Source: Myxococcales bacterium (GTDB lineage Bacteria > Myxococcota_A > UBA9042 > JABWCM01 > BTVJ01). From it: 64,000 bases of DNA. A model generated the notes under the pieces. The model searched no databases. It saw only the letters and a list, made by a program, of their open reading frames with translations, and was not told the origin of the DNA. A program made the translations under genes and the position numbers. This document shows positions 1 through 9,222 of this stretch, one piece after another; the first letter of the stretch is position 1, and each line of letters opens with the position of its first letter. The DNA is taken from the NCBI GenBank assembly GCA_045863395.1, contig BTVJ01000003.1, positions 96,001-160,000 on the forward strand, read 5' to 3'.

Positions 1-1409
1 AGGGTCGCGCCCGTGTCCGGGTCCGAGCCGGGGAGCGCTGCGATCAGGGCCGGGACCGCGCGCCGGACGGCGAGGCGCCCGAGAGCCTCCGCGGCGCGGG
101 CACGCACAGTGAAGCGCTCCTCGGAGAGTCCGCGGGGGGCGGTCAGGTCTCGCGTGTCCGCCAGCAGCTCGATGAGGGCGGAGCGAGCCCGCTCGGCTCC
201 CCCCGCCGCCAGGGCGCCGAGGACCTGCACGGCCCGGCGGGCGATGGGCCCGTCTGGCTCCCGCCCCACCCGGCGCTGGATGCGCTCCACCTCGTCCACC
301 GCCCGCAGCCTCTCCAAGGCGTCCAGCGCCTCCATGCGCACGTCGGGGCTCTTGTCCCCCAGGCGCTTGGCGATGGGCGCGGCCGCCTCCCGGGCCCCGA
401 GGACGCCCAGCAGGTAGGCCGCGGCCGCCCGCCGGCGGGCGCTCTTGGCGCGCAGCGCGGCGATCAGGTCGGGGATCCGCGCGGTCGCGTGCTCCGGGTG
501 GAGGGTGACACCCGGGCGCACACGGCCCGTGTCCACGCACCCCTCGGCGACGTTGGACCCGGGGCAGTAGATGCGGACGTGGAAGTGGTCGTCGTGGGGC
601 AGGGCGCCCACCGGCTGGCGGAGCACCGCGTCCGCCGCCGCGATCAGCGCCTTGGGCTCCCGCCTGACCTTGGCGGCCTCGAGCATCATCGCCTTGAGCG
701 GGTTGGAGACGAAGATGTACTGGAGCTCGATGGACGAGTCGTTCAGGAGCGCCTTGACCAGCTCCCAGTTGCGCGCCGGGTCGAATCGCAGGCGCGCCGC
801 GGAGTCCGCCGGGCGCCCCGTGGCGTCGAGACGCACCAGATCGTCGAGCGCGGGCTGCGTGCCGTCGGGGGCCAGCAGATAGAAGGCCAGGTCCACGTCG
901 CGCCCGTTGTTGTGGCTGACGCTCCAGGGGATGTCCCCGCCGCCGCCCTTGGCCATGTTGCCCACCTGGAGGACGGCGCCCGGGTAGCGCTTCGCGACGC
1001 CCTTGGCAGCGCGAAGCAGCGCCTCCACGAGCTCCGTGGAGCCGAAGTTCGTGCCCCGCTGGCGCTGTGTCGTGGTGACCCGGTGGTTCTCGCCGTCCAG
1101 CGGGAGTTCGGCTCCGGCGAAGAGCCAGCCCTCCGTGACGCTGCCTACGGACAGTGAGCCCGCGTGGGGCTTCCCCAGGAAGAGGTGGCGCCTGGGCGTG
1201 ATGGGCAGCGGCAGGGCGCGCGCCACCTCGACGCGGCGGCGGGGTGCCGGGTCCGGCGTGAGCGAGGTCTCGTCGGGCCGCGCGGGCGGGCGAGGGTGCG
1301 TGAGCAGCGGCCTGGGCGGTGGCCCCGGGCGAGTGACCTCGCTGTCCTTGGCGCAGGAGCTCGAGAGCATCAGCAGGGCGCCCAGCAGCGCCGTCGTGCG
1401 CGCGGTCAT
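1..1409 (-). CDS. MepA-like (penicillin-insensitive murein endopeptidase) lipoprotein with C-terminal HEAT-like repeats; runs off the window edge
   Basis: Not in the ORF track; translated by hand from ATG 1409 (ATGA overlap with upstream gene): MTARTTALLGALLMLSSSC lipobox, SHNNGRDVDL and PHDDHFHVRIYC MepA Zn motifs, then HEAT-like helices (RRRAAAAYLLGVLG, VRARAAEALGRL). Confidence 0.75.
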   Translation of the reverse strand, partial: MTARTTALLGALLMLSSSCAKDSEVTRPGPPPRPLLTHPRPPARPDETSLTPDPAPRRRVEVARALPLPITPRRHLFLGKPHAGSLSVGSVTEGWLFAGAELPLDGENHRVTTTQRQRGTNFGSTELVEALLRAAKGVAKRYPGAVLQVGNMAKGGGGDIPWSVSHNNGRDVDLAFYLLAPDGTQPALDDLVRLDATGRPADSAARLRFDPARNWELVKALLNDSSIELQYIFVSNPLKAMMLEAAKVRREPKALIAAADAVLRQPVGALPHDDHFHVRIYCPGSNVAEGCVDTGRVRPGVTLHPEHATARIPDLIAALRAKSARRRAAAAYLLGVLGAREAAAPIAKRLGDKSPDVRMEALDALERLRAVDEVERIQRRVGREPDGPIARRAVQVLGALAAGGAERARSALIELLADTRDLTAPRGLSEERFTVRARAAEALGRLAVRRAVPALIAALPGSDPDTGAT

Positions 1410-1960
1410 GTGCCCGGGGTACAGACGGTGACGGACGGGCTCTTGGAGCAGCCGAAGTCCTGGCAGTCGATGAAGCCGTTCTCGTCATTGTCGATGCCGT
1501 CGCTGCACGCGGCATCACTGGACTCGCACACCTCGGTCAGGCTGGCGCAGTCCGCGTCGCGGCAGTCGAAGTCCCCGTCCCCGTCATTGTCCAGGCCGTC
1601 GATGCACTTGAGCGGCGTGTCCTCGGGCTCCTTCACCTCCGGGGTACAGGCGGTGGTCGGCTGGCAGGAGAAGTCCGCGCAGTCCGTGTAGCCGTTGCCG
1701 TCGTCATCCTTGCCGTTGCTGCACTCCTCGGGCGTGCTCTCCTTCGCGCCCGGCTCCCGGGAGCACAGGGGGGCGAGGAGGCAGTCCTCGTCGTCGCAGT
1801 CCGTCTTGCCGTCGTCGTCGTTGTCCAGGCCGTCGTCGCAGAGGTCCAGCTCGACCCCTTTGCAGCCCTGGCACTCGGCGGTCATCCACAGGGGCGTTCG
1901 CGCCTCGCGACCGCAAGCTGCAACCAGAATGGCGAGCAGCGCCGTTCGCAGTGCCGTCAT
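1406..1960 (-). CDS. Cys/Asp-rich repeat lipoprotein (4x C-x-[DN]G-x-D-[ND]-D-x-[DN]G-xx-DC)
   Basis: MTALRTALLAILVAAC lipobox; repeats CDDGLDNDDDGKTDCDDEDC, CSNGKDDDGNGYTDCADFSC, CIDGLDNDGDGDFDCRDADC, CSDGIDNDENGFIDCQDFGC; ATGA overlap with pgsA. Confidence 0.8.
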   Translation of the reverse strand: MTALRTALLAILVAACGREARTPLWMTAECQGCKGVELDLCDDGLDNDDDGKTDCDDEDCLLAPLCSREPGAKESTPEECSNGKDDDGNGYTDCADFSCQPTTACTPEVKEPEDTPLKCIDGLDNDGDGDFDCRDADCASLTEVCESSDAACSDGIDNDENGFIDCQDFGCSKSPSVTVCTPGT

Positions 1961-2712
1961 GGTGTCTCCTTGGCGGCGCCTCGGCCGCGGCGCCGTCGGC
2001 GCGCCTCGATGAATGCGCGGGATGCCGCGATCAGCCTCTGGCCGGGGCGGAAGCGGGGGCGCCGGGGCTCCCGGGGCTTCTTCTCGTACTGCTCCCGCTC
2101 CACGATGGCCGCGAAGAAGCCCGCGAAGTAGCTGCCAGCCGACAGCAGCGAGAAGCCGATGCTCCCGAGCAGCATGATGCGCCCGGCGTCGGTGAAGTGG
2201 ATGACCCCCTTCCACACCAGGTAGTCCACCTCGTAGTCGTAGCCGATGAGCAGCATGACCAGACCGCAGAGCTGAAACGCGGTCTTCCACTTGCCCGACT
2301 GGACCACGTCGATGACCAGCCCCTCCTGTTGCGCCATGCCTCGCAGCGACGTGACCGCCGTCTCCCGCGCCAGCAGCAGCACCACCAGCCATGCGGGCAG
2401 CTTGCCGAGCGCGACGAGCGTCACCGTGGTCGCCATGACGATGAGCTTGTCCGCCACGGGGTCGAGGAACTTGCCCCACAGGCTGACCAGGCCGCGGTTG
2501 CGGGCGATCCAGCCGTCGAGGAAGTCGGTGACCGCGGCCGCGCTGAACAGCAGGGTCGCGAAGAAGGCTGACTGCGGGGTGTCGATGAGCATCAGCCAGA
2601 TCACGAGGGGGATCACGACGATGCGCCCCAGCGTGAGCACGTTCGGGAGGTTCCAGATCTCCTCACGGAGGCTGCGGGGCGGCTGGAACTCGCGGGCCGG
2701 GCGGCGCTTCAT
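1957..2712 (-). CDS. pgsA: CDP-diacylglycerol--glycerol-3-phosphate 3-phosphatidyltransferase
   Basis: NLPNVLTLGRI, TDFLDGWIAR...GKFLDPVADK CDP-alcohol phosphotransferase motif, GKWKTAFQ. Confidence 0.93.
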   Translation of the reverse strand: MKRRPAREFQPPRSLREEIWNLPNVLTLGRIVVIPLVIWLMLIDTPQSAFFATLLFSAAAVTDFLDGWIARNRGLVSLWGKFLDPVADKLIVMATTVTLVALGKLPAWLVVLLLARETAVTSLRGMAQQEGLVIDVVQSGKWKTAFQLCGLVMLLIGYDYEVDYLVWKGVIHFTDAGRIMLLGSIGFSLLSAGSYFAGFFAAIVEREQYEKKPREPRRPRFRPGQRLIAASRAFIEARRRRRGRGAAKETP

Positions 2713-2751
2713 CGCCCCTCATCTACTGAATGTGCGGAGGACTTGTAAAGC

Positions 2752-3444
2752 TCAGGGGAGGGACGCGGTGCTGACCGTCGCCTTGTAGCGGTAGTAGTGT
2801 CCGAGGACCTTCTTCACGTAGTGCTCGGTCGCGCTGTAGGGGATGCCCCCTTTGAGCTCCACCGCGCCGTGGCCCGCGTGGTAGCCCGCGAGGGTCTTGA
2901 TGATGTCGCCGTTGAAGCGGTTGGCCAGCCAGCGCAGGTAGCGGGTGCCTCCCATGATGTTCTGCTCCGGGTCGAGGCGATCGGTTACACCCTGGTCGGA
3001 GGCGGTGCCGGGCATGAGCTGCATGAGCCCCATGGCTCCTGCGCGGCTCACGGCGCTCGGGTTGAAGTTGGACTCGACGCGGATCACCGCCCGGATCAGC
3101 GGGGCGGGGATCTGGTAGCGCTTGGACGCGCGGGCGATGGCGTCGTCGAAGGTGCCCGGCGTGGGTGACGCGGCCGGGACGGGGAGAGGCTCTACCCGTG
3201 CGGAGGTGCCGTAGGAGGCGCTCGACGGCGCGGAAGCCGAACGGGAAGACGTCGCAGGACCTCGCAGCACCACCTTGCAGTTCTTCACGGGGCAGGTGTT
3301 GGAGAACCACAGCTTCCCGTTGCGCTGGTACTGATAGAACGTATCAGCCGAGGCGCTGGGGCTCCCCGAGAGCAGGATCGCGGCCACGGCCGCCGCCGCC
3401 ATCGAGAGGGCCGCAGAAGCGGCGCGTGCAGGTGCGATTCGCAT
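2752..3444 (-). CDS. Secreted lytic transglycosylase (SLT domain)
   Basis: Signal peptide; IRVESNFNPSAVSRAGAMGLMQLMP, GTRYL, LAGYHAG SLT motifs. Confidence 0.9.
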   Translation of the reverse strand: MRIAPARAASAALSMAAAAVAAILLSGSPSASADTFYQYQRNGKLWFSNTCPVKNCKVVLRGPATSSRSASAPSSASYGTSARVEPLPVPAASPTPGTFDDAIARASKRYQIPAPLIRAVIRVESNFNPSAVSRAGAMGLMQLMPGTASDQGVTDRLDPEQNIMGGTRYLRWLANRFNGDIIKTLAGYHAGHGAVELKGGIPYSATEHYVKKVLGHYYRYKATVSTASLP

Positions 3445-3554
3445 GGTCTCCCTGGTTGGCCCGTCGTGGCCTCTTGTCTAGCACACTCCAAGGCGTGGCG
3501 ACAGTGTTTCCATCCCGTCGATGTTTCCCGAATGGCGCCCCCTGCCCCGGCGCG

Positions 3555-3583
3555 TTGAGCTTTTCCGCCGGTGGGGCTATGGT
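3555..3583 (+). promoter_or_regulatory. Putative sigma70-type promoter of nadB
   Basis: TTGAGC-17 bp-TATGGT. Confidence 0.45.
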
Positions 3584-3623
3584 GGGGCCCGGCTCCCGCC
3601 GGATGGGGGCCACGGAGCGCATC

Positions 3624-5231
3624 ATGGAGCACCGGTTCGATCATCTGGTCATCGGCAGCGGCGTCGCGGGGCTGACCTACGCCCTCGACATGGCGATGCA
3701 CGGCACGGTGGCGGTCGTCACGAAGCGGACCCTGGACGAGTCCAACACGAAGTACGCCCAAGGGGGCATCGCGTCCGTGTGGAGCGGCGACGACTCCTTC
3801 GAGGAGCACATCCGCGACACGCTCACCGCCGGGGCCGGCCTGTGCCGCCGCGACGCCGTGGAGGTCACCGTCACCGAGGGGCCGGAGCGGGTCCGCCGGC
3901 TCATCGAGCTCGGGGTCCAGTTCGACCAACGCGAGAAGGAGCAGGGGTACGACCTGACGCGGGAGGGGGGCCACTCCCGGCGGCGCGTGCTCCATGCCTC
4001 CGACATGACGGGGCGGGAGGTGGAGCGGGTCCTCGTCGAGCACGTGACCAACCACCCGAACATCGCCGTGTTCGAGCATCACGTCGCCATCGATCTGATC
4101 ACCCGCGCTCGCCTGCTCCGGGGCAAGCAGCCTGACCGGGCGCTCGGGGCTTACGTGCTGGACTCGCGGAGCGACCTGGTCCACACCTTCCTGACCCGCA
4201 CGACCATGCTGGCGAGCGGGGGCGCGGGGAAGGTCTATCTCTACACGTCGAACCCGGACGTGGCCACCGGGGACGGCGTGGCCATGGCCTTTCGCGCCGG
4301 GGCCCGCATCGCCAACATGGAGTTCTTCCAGTTCCACCCCACGTGCCTCTACCACCCGCAGGCCAAGTCGTTCCTGGTGTCCGAGGCGCTGCGAGGGGAG
4401 GGCGCCGTCCTGCGTCGGCGTGACGGCACGGCGTTCATGGCCGGCTACCACCCCATGGCGGACCTGGCGCCGCGGGACCTGGTCGCGCGCGCCATCGACA
4501 CGGAGCTGAAGCGCTCCGGCGACGACCACGTGGTGCTGGACATCACCCACCAGGACCCGACCTTCCTGGTCGAGCGCTTCCCCGGCATCCACGCCGAGTG
4601 CATGAAGTACGGTATCGACATGCGGGTGCAGCCCATCCCGGTCGTGCCGGCGGCCCACTATATGTGTGGCGGGGTCGTCACCGACCTCGAGGGTCGCACC
4701 AGCATCCCGGGGCTGTATGCGTGCGGCGAGGTGGCGTGCACGGGCCTTCACGGCGCGAACCGCCTGGCGTCCAACTCCCTGCTGGAGGCGCTCGTGTTCG
4801 GTTACAGGGCCGCCCTCGACGCTCGAGGGGCGGACGCGATCACCCCGGACCTCACGCCGGACGTCCCGGCTTGGAACACCGGTCTCGCCAAGGACCCGGA
4901 GGAGGCGGTCGTCGTCACCCAGTGCTGGGACGAGATCCGCCGCTTCATGTGGAACTACGTGGGCATCGTGCGCAGCAACAAGCGGCTCCAGCGGGCGGCG
5001 CGGCGCCGTGCGCTCGTGGCGGACGAGGTGCGGCAGGAGTACTGGAACTTCTACCTCACGCCGGACCTCATCGAGCTGCGCAACATCGCGGACGTCGCGG
5101 GCCTGATCATCGAGTCGGCCCAGATCCGCCAGGAGAGCCGCGGCCTGCACTTCAACCTCGACTACCCGGACCGGGACGACGAGAACTGGCTGCGGGACAC
5201 CGTCGTGTGGCGCGGACGTCCCCGCGGCTGA
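3624..5231 (+). CDS. nadB: L-aspartate oxidase
   Basis: IGSGVAGL, YAQGGIA, REGGHSRRR, QFHPT, GLHGANRLASNSLLE, ESRGLH motifs; start placed at ATG 3624. Confidence 0.95.
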   Translation: MEHRFDHLVIGSGVAGLTYALDMAMHGTVAVVTKRTLDESNTKYAQGGIASVWSGDDSFEEHIRDTLTAGAGLCRRDAVEVTVTEGPERVRRLIELGVQFDQREKEQGYDLTREGGHSRRRVLHASDMTGREVERVLVEHVTNHPNIAVFEHHVAIDLITRARLLRGKQPDRALGAYVLDSRSDLVHTFLTRTTMLASGGAGKVYLYTSNPDVATGDGVAMAFRAGARIANMEFFQFHPTCLYHPQAKSFLVSEALRGEGAVLRRRDGTAFMAGYHPMADLAPRDLVARAIDTELKRSGDDHVVLDITHQDPTFLVERFPGIHAECMKYGIDMRVQPIPVVPAAHYMCGGVVTDLEGRTSIPGLYACGEVACTGLHGANRLASNSLLEALVFGYRAALDARGADAITPDLTPDVPAWNTGLAKDPEEAVVVTQCWDEIRRFMWNYVGIVRSNKRLQRAARRRALVADEVRQEYWNFYLTPDLIELRNIADVAGLIIESAQIRQESRGLHFNLDYPDRDDENWLRDTVVWRGRPRG

Positions 5232-5357
5232 CCTGCGCCCCCGCCTCCACCTCCCGTCGTCCTCTGCCTGCCTCGATCACGCTGCCTTTGGGCCTCCGCT
5301 TGGGGCTCGGAATCAACCGGCCGTATCGGGGTTGTCACAGATGTGCTATCGTTTGGA

Positions 5358-5723
5358 GTGCTCTGCTGGGCGGGCCTCGCCCTGTGGAGCACAGCGTTGG
5401 CACGGAGGAACCGGCCATTCGTCACGCGCTCACAGGGTCAGCCAGCACCCAGCTCCGCGACGTCCTGCCCCGGTCCAAGGCGGCCACGGCGTCATTGCGG
5501 CGCGAGCGCGCTTGTGTGGCGAGGCGTCTCTCCTCCGTGCGCGATGCTCCCATGTTCCCATTACGGGGCGCGCTCCAGTTCGGGGCGCCCAGCCCACATC
5601 GATTGTCCACCGTTCAACCTGACCCTGGGGTGCTGCCCCGCGAGGGTCACGCCGGACCCCGTTCCCTGGCCACCAGTGCGTCGACGGCGCACATGGCGGC
5701 CGGTGTCCGTCCGTGGGGGACGG
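5358..5723 (+). ncRNA. Candidate structured RNA or long 5' leader upstream of HPF-like gene
   Basis: Hairpin 5358-5392; 10-bp stem GCACGGAGGA(5400-5409)/TCCTCCGTGC(5531-5540) enclosing CGCGCTC/GAGCGCG; hairpin TGACCCT...AGGGTCA 5620-5649; extended -10-like TGCTATCGT at 5344-5352. Confidence 0.35.
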
Positions 5724-5742
5724 CGAGGAGCAAGGAGGCATC

Positions 5743-6135
5743 ATGCAGATCGACCTGGTCGTGAAGGACACCGAGCTCGATGCGTACGGGCAGGAGCGCA
5801 TGCGCAAGAAGCTGACCAAGACCCTGGGCCGCTTCCGCCGCGAGGTGCCCATCCGTGTCGCTCTCGAGGAGCGAAAGGGCTTCTACGACGCCCGCGTGGT
5901 CGGCGTCGTCGGCGGGCGCGAGCTCGTGGGGCACGCGGACTCGCGCATCCTCCTGGAGGCGCTCGACGAGGCGCTGGCCAAGTTCGACCGGCAGTTCCTC
6001 AAGCTCAGCGACCGCACCTCGAAACGGCCGAAGGCCAAGGGGGTGCGCAAGGACGTGGAGGTCGTCAGCGCGGCCGTCATCGGGGAGGTCGAGATCGACG
6101 AGCCCGAGCTGGTGGTGGTCGCGCGATCCGCATGA
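5743..6135 (+). CDS. HPF/RaiA family ribosome-associated (hibernation) protein
   Basis: AAGGAGG RBS; MQIDLVVKDTEL...LLEALDEALAKFDRQF pattern of the S30AE/HPF fold. Confidence 0.65.
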   Translation: MQIDLVVKDTELDAYGQERMRKKLTKTLGRFRREVPIRVALEERKGFYDARVVGVVGGRELVGHADSRILLEALDEALAKFDRQFLKLSDRTSKRPKAKGVRKDVEVVSAAVIGEVEIDEPELVVVARSA

Positions 6136-6237
6136 GCCTCGGATCACAGGGGGGGCCGCCGAGCCTCGTGCGGGTCCCCGCCCCAGGCACGTCTCGTCGC
6201 CGTGGGTGTTCGATCACGCCAAGGACCTGGAGGGGAC

Positions 6238-7104
6238 GTGAGACCCGACGAGCTTCGATGGACCCACGCGGTGCCCGACCTGCCAGACGCGAGGCGCGTC
6301 GACGTCAAGTGGCTCGGGACGGCCGGTTACGAGCTGCGGTGCGGTGACCACGTCATCCTCATCGACCCCTACGTGACGCGGGTCGGGCTGTGGGGGTTCC
6401 TGACCGGCCCCATCCGGAGCGACGAGGCGCTCGCCTCGCGGGTGGTGCCCGTGGCGGACGCGATCCTCGTCGGGCACAGCCACTTCGACCACGTCCTGGA
6501 CGTGCCCGCCATCGCCCGGGCGACCGGCGCGCGGGTCATCGGCTCGTCGTCCACCGCCAACCTCATGCGCTCGGCCGGGCTGCCCGAGGCCCAGATTACG
6601 CCCTGCAGCGGGGGCGAGGAGCTCGAAGTAGGGCCGTTCCGGGTCCGGGTCGTCCCGTCGGAGCACAGCCGGTTTGCCCTCGGTGGCCGGGTCCCCTACG
6701 CGGGCGAGATCCCGTGCTCCTGCGACCTCCCCATGCGTGGCAAGGACTACAAGTGCGGGCAGGTGTTGTCCTACTCGATTCGTGTCGGCGGGGTGACCCT
6801 GTACCACGCCGGGAGCGCCAACCTGCTCGACGACGCCATCCAAGACCGGGACGTGGATCTGCTGCTGGTGTGCATCTCCGGGCGCCAGGCGACCGAGCGG
6901 TTCGTGCCCCGTCTGCTCTCGCGCGTTCAGCCGCGCCGCGTCATGCCCATGCACTATGACGACTTCTTCCGGCCCCTGGACCGCGACATGAAGCTGCTGC
7001 CCATGACGCGCTTCGGGCGGCTCGTCGATGAGATCCAGGCATTCGACAAGCAGATCGAGATCGCGACCCTGCCGCTCTCCGGGAGCCTGTCCCTGGCGAT
7101 CTGA
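6238..7104 (+). CDS. MBL-fold metallo-hydrolase
   Basis: WLGTAG, LIDPY, GHSHFDH, PMHYD motifs; GTG start after GGAGG. Confidence 0.88.
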   Translation: MRPDELRWTHAVPDLPDARRVDVKWLGTAGYELRCGDHVILIDPYVTRVGLWGFLTGPIRSDEALASRVVPVADAILVGHSHFDHVLDVPAIARATGARVIGSSSTANLMRSAGLPEAQITPCSGGEELEVGPFRVRVVPSEHSRFALGGRVPYAGEIPCSCDLPMRGKDYKCGQVLSYSIRVGGVTLYHAGSANLLDDAIQDRDVDLLLVCISGRQATERFVPRLLSRVQPRRVMPMHYDDFFRPLDRDMKLLPMTRFGRLVDEIQAFDKQIEIATLPLSGSLSLAI

Positions 7105-7120
7105 GGGCGGCGGGTGCGTC

Positions 7121-7963
7121 CTAGGGTGTGATGCGGCGGTTGTCGATGAGGCGTGTCGAGCCATAGAAGGCTGCGACGGTGGCCTGGACCGGGCCCACGA
7201 TGTGGTCCACGTCGTCGAGGGTGTCTGGATCCACGAGGCGCACGTAATCTGCACGACCTCCGCTGGCGGCGATGTGGGCGTCCATGGCCCCATGGACGGC
7301 TGAGGCGGACCGCTCTCCGCCGTGGATCATGCGCTCCGCGAGCCTCAGCGACTCGGACAGCGCCAGGGCGCGCCGCCGCTCATCCGGTGACAGGTTCGCG
7401 TTGCGGGAGCTCATCGCCAGCCCGTCCGGCTCCCGGACGATGGGCCCGCCGATGATCTGAACGGGGATGTCCAGGTCCCGCACCAGGCGGCGGATGACCA
7501 GGAGCTGCTGGTAGTCCTTCTCGCCGAAGACGGCCACGTCCGGCTGGACGATGTTGAAGAGCTTGGTGCAGACCGTCGCGACCCCCCGGAAGTGGATCGG
7601 GCGGGAGAGGCCGCACAGGTGCTCGGGGAGGTGCTCCAGGCGGACCCAGGTCTCGAAGCCCGGGCCATACATTGCCTCCGGGGGGGGCGCGAACAGGGCG
7701 TCGGTGCCGGCAAGGCCGAGCTTGGCTCGATCACCCTGGTCGTCCCTCGGGTAGCGGTCCAGGTCCTCCGACGGGCCGAACTGGGTCGGGTTGACGAAGA
7801 TGCTGGCGACCACCCGCCTCGCGTGCTGGCGAGCGAGGGCGACGAGGGACAGGTGCCCCGCGTGGAGGTAGCCCATGGTGGGGACGAGGGCGACGGTCTC
7901 CCCGGCGCTGCGCCAGGCAGCGACCAGCGCGCGCACCTCGGCGACCTGGTGGATCACTTGCAT
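7121..7963 (-). CDS. panC: Pantoate--beta-alanine ligase
   Basis: VPTMGYLHAGH, SIFVNPTQF, FGEKDYQQ, GLAMSSRN, TRLIDN. Confidence 0.97.
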   Translation of the reverse strand: MQVIHQVAEVRALVAAWRSAGETVALVPTMGYLHAGHLSLVALARQHARRVVASIFVNPTQFGPSEDLDRYPRDDQGDRAKLGLAGTDALFAPPPEAMYGPGFETWVRLEHLPEHLCGLSRPIHFRGVATVCTKLFNIVQPDVAVFGEKDYQQLLVIRRLVRDLDIPVQIIGGPIVREPDGLAMSSRNANLSPDERRRALALSESLRLAERMIHGGERSASAVHGAMDAHIAASGGRADYVRLVDPDTLDDVDHIVGPVQATVAAFYGSTRLIDNRRITP

Positions 7964-7980
7964 TGGGATGCTCCCCCGGC

Positions 7981-8838
7981 TCAGGCGTGTCCGTTGCCGC
8001 CGTAGACGTGGACGACAGCGTCGCGGGTGGGCCCGCCGATGGTGTGCTCGGGCCCCGGGAACGCGCCCGCCTTGACCTCGCCGACGTACTGGCTCACCGC
8101 GCCGCGGATCCGGTCGCCCAGCGAGTCGTAGGTCTTGAGGAACTTGGGCTGGAAGCCGTCGTTCATGCCCAGCATGTCGTAGCAGACGAGCACCTGGCCG
8201 TCGCAGGCAGGGCCGGCGCCGATGCCGATGGTGGGGATGGACAGGGTCTCCGTCACGCGCGCCGCCAGCGGGCCGGGGACGAGCTCCAGCACGACGGCGA
8301 AGCAGCCGGCGTCCTCGAGGGCGCGCGCGTCCTCGACCAGACGCTCCGCCTGCTCCGCGTCACGCCCCTGGACCTTGAAGCCGCCGAGCTGGTGGATGGA
8401 CTGGGGCGTCAGGCCGACGTGCCCCATGACCGGGATGCCGGCGGACACGAGGCGGCGAGCGGTGGTGGCCATGTCGCGGCCTCCCTCGATCTTGACCGCC
8501 TCGGCGCCGCCCTCCGCGATCAGGCGGCCAGCATTGCGCAGCGCCTCCTCGGGGGACACCTGGAACGAGAGGAATGGCATGTCTCCAACCAGGAGGGCGC
8601 GGGAGCGGCCGCGGGCGACGGCGGCGCAGTGGTAGACCATGTGATCCATGGTGACGGCGAGGGTGTTGGCGTGACCCTGGACGACCATCCCGAGGGAGTC
8701 GCCCACGAGCAGGATGTCCGCGCCCGCGCCGTCGAGCAGGCGGGCGAAGGTCGCGTCGTAGGCGGTTACCATCGCGATGGGCTCGCGCCGCTCCTTCATG
8801 CGGGCGAGCGCGGTCGTGGTTACCTTCCCTTTGTTCAT
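7981..8838 (-). CDS. panB: 3-methyl-2-oxobutanoate hydroxymethyltransferase
   Basis: [43 protein letters not shown]. Confidence 0.97.
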   Translation of the reverse strand: MNKGKVTTTALARMKERREPIAMVTAYDATFARLLDGAGADILLVGDSLGMVVQGHANTLAVTMDHMVYHCAAVARGRSRALLVGDMPFLSFQVSPEEALRNAGRLIAEGGAEAVKIEGGRDMATTARRLVSAGIPVMGHVGLTPQSIHQLGGFKVQGRDAEQAERLVEDARALEDAGCFAVVLELVPGPLAARVTETLSIPTIGIGAGPACDGQVLVCYDMLGMNDGFQPKFLKTYDSLGDRIRGAVSQYVGEVKAGAFPGPEHTIGGPTRDAVVHVYGGNGHA

Positions 8839-8879
8839 GGCTAGGCTCCTCGACAGGATTCGGTCGGTGAGTGGGGACC

Positions 8880-8912
8880 CCTCGTCCCGGTCCGATGCGG
8901 TTCCGGGCAAGG
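8880..8912 (-). promoter_or_regulatory. pan RNA motif (single-hairpin deltaproteobacterial form) in panB 5' UTR
   Basis: Minus strand CCUUG-CCCGG-A-ACC-GCAUC-GGA-CCGGG-A-CGAGG: hairpin with bulged adenosines resembling the pan consensus (CUUGGAUCC...GGACCGAGAC), directly upstream of panBC. Confidence 0.7.
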
Positions 8913-8919
8913 TGGCGAA

Positions 8920-8949
8920 ATGCTATCTGTCTCGCTGCCCTGGCGTCAA
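8920..8949 (-). promoter_or_regulatory. Putative sigma70 promoter of panBC
   Basis: TTGACG-18 bp-TAGCAT; predicted TSS falls at the 5' end of the pan hairpin. Confidence 0.55.
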
Positions 8950-9093
8950 CCGCGCCTCGTGGCGCGCGGAGGCGGTGGTCGGTAGAGCTGCCCTGGCCGA
9001 GCTGGGCGGCGGTGGCGATCATTGGTGCGGAAAGTACCGATTTTTGGCTATTTTCAACTGGTTGTCCGTGCCGCTCAGGGCCCATCGTGTCTG

Positions 9094-9122
9094 TTGACAC
9101 CCTTCGGATCGTGGTCTATAGT
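9094..9122 (+). promoter_or_regulatory. Putative sigma70 promoter of GT2 gene
   Basis: TTGACA-17 bp-TATAGT, near consensus. Confidence 0.65.
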
Positions 9123-9222
9123 CCCGCCACTTCGAGCGGTCCCTTTCACCGTGCCGGTGGGATGCGCGAGCTGTCGTACCTCATGAATCGGTCCGGTCGA
9201 TGCGTCTGCGGGCAACGAGCGG

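Noticed and set aside
5397..5415. TTGGCACG as a sigma-54 -24 box upstream of hpf
   Set aside because: No GC -12 element at the required spacing
5358..5560. Identification of the structured region as 6S, SRP, RNase P, tmRNA or raiA-motif RNA
   Set aside because: Diagnostic conserved sequences are not recognisable by eye; left as an unassigned candidate
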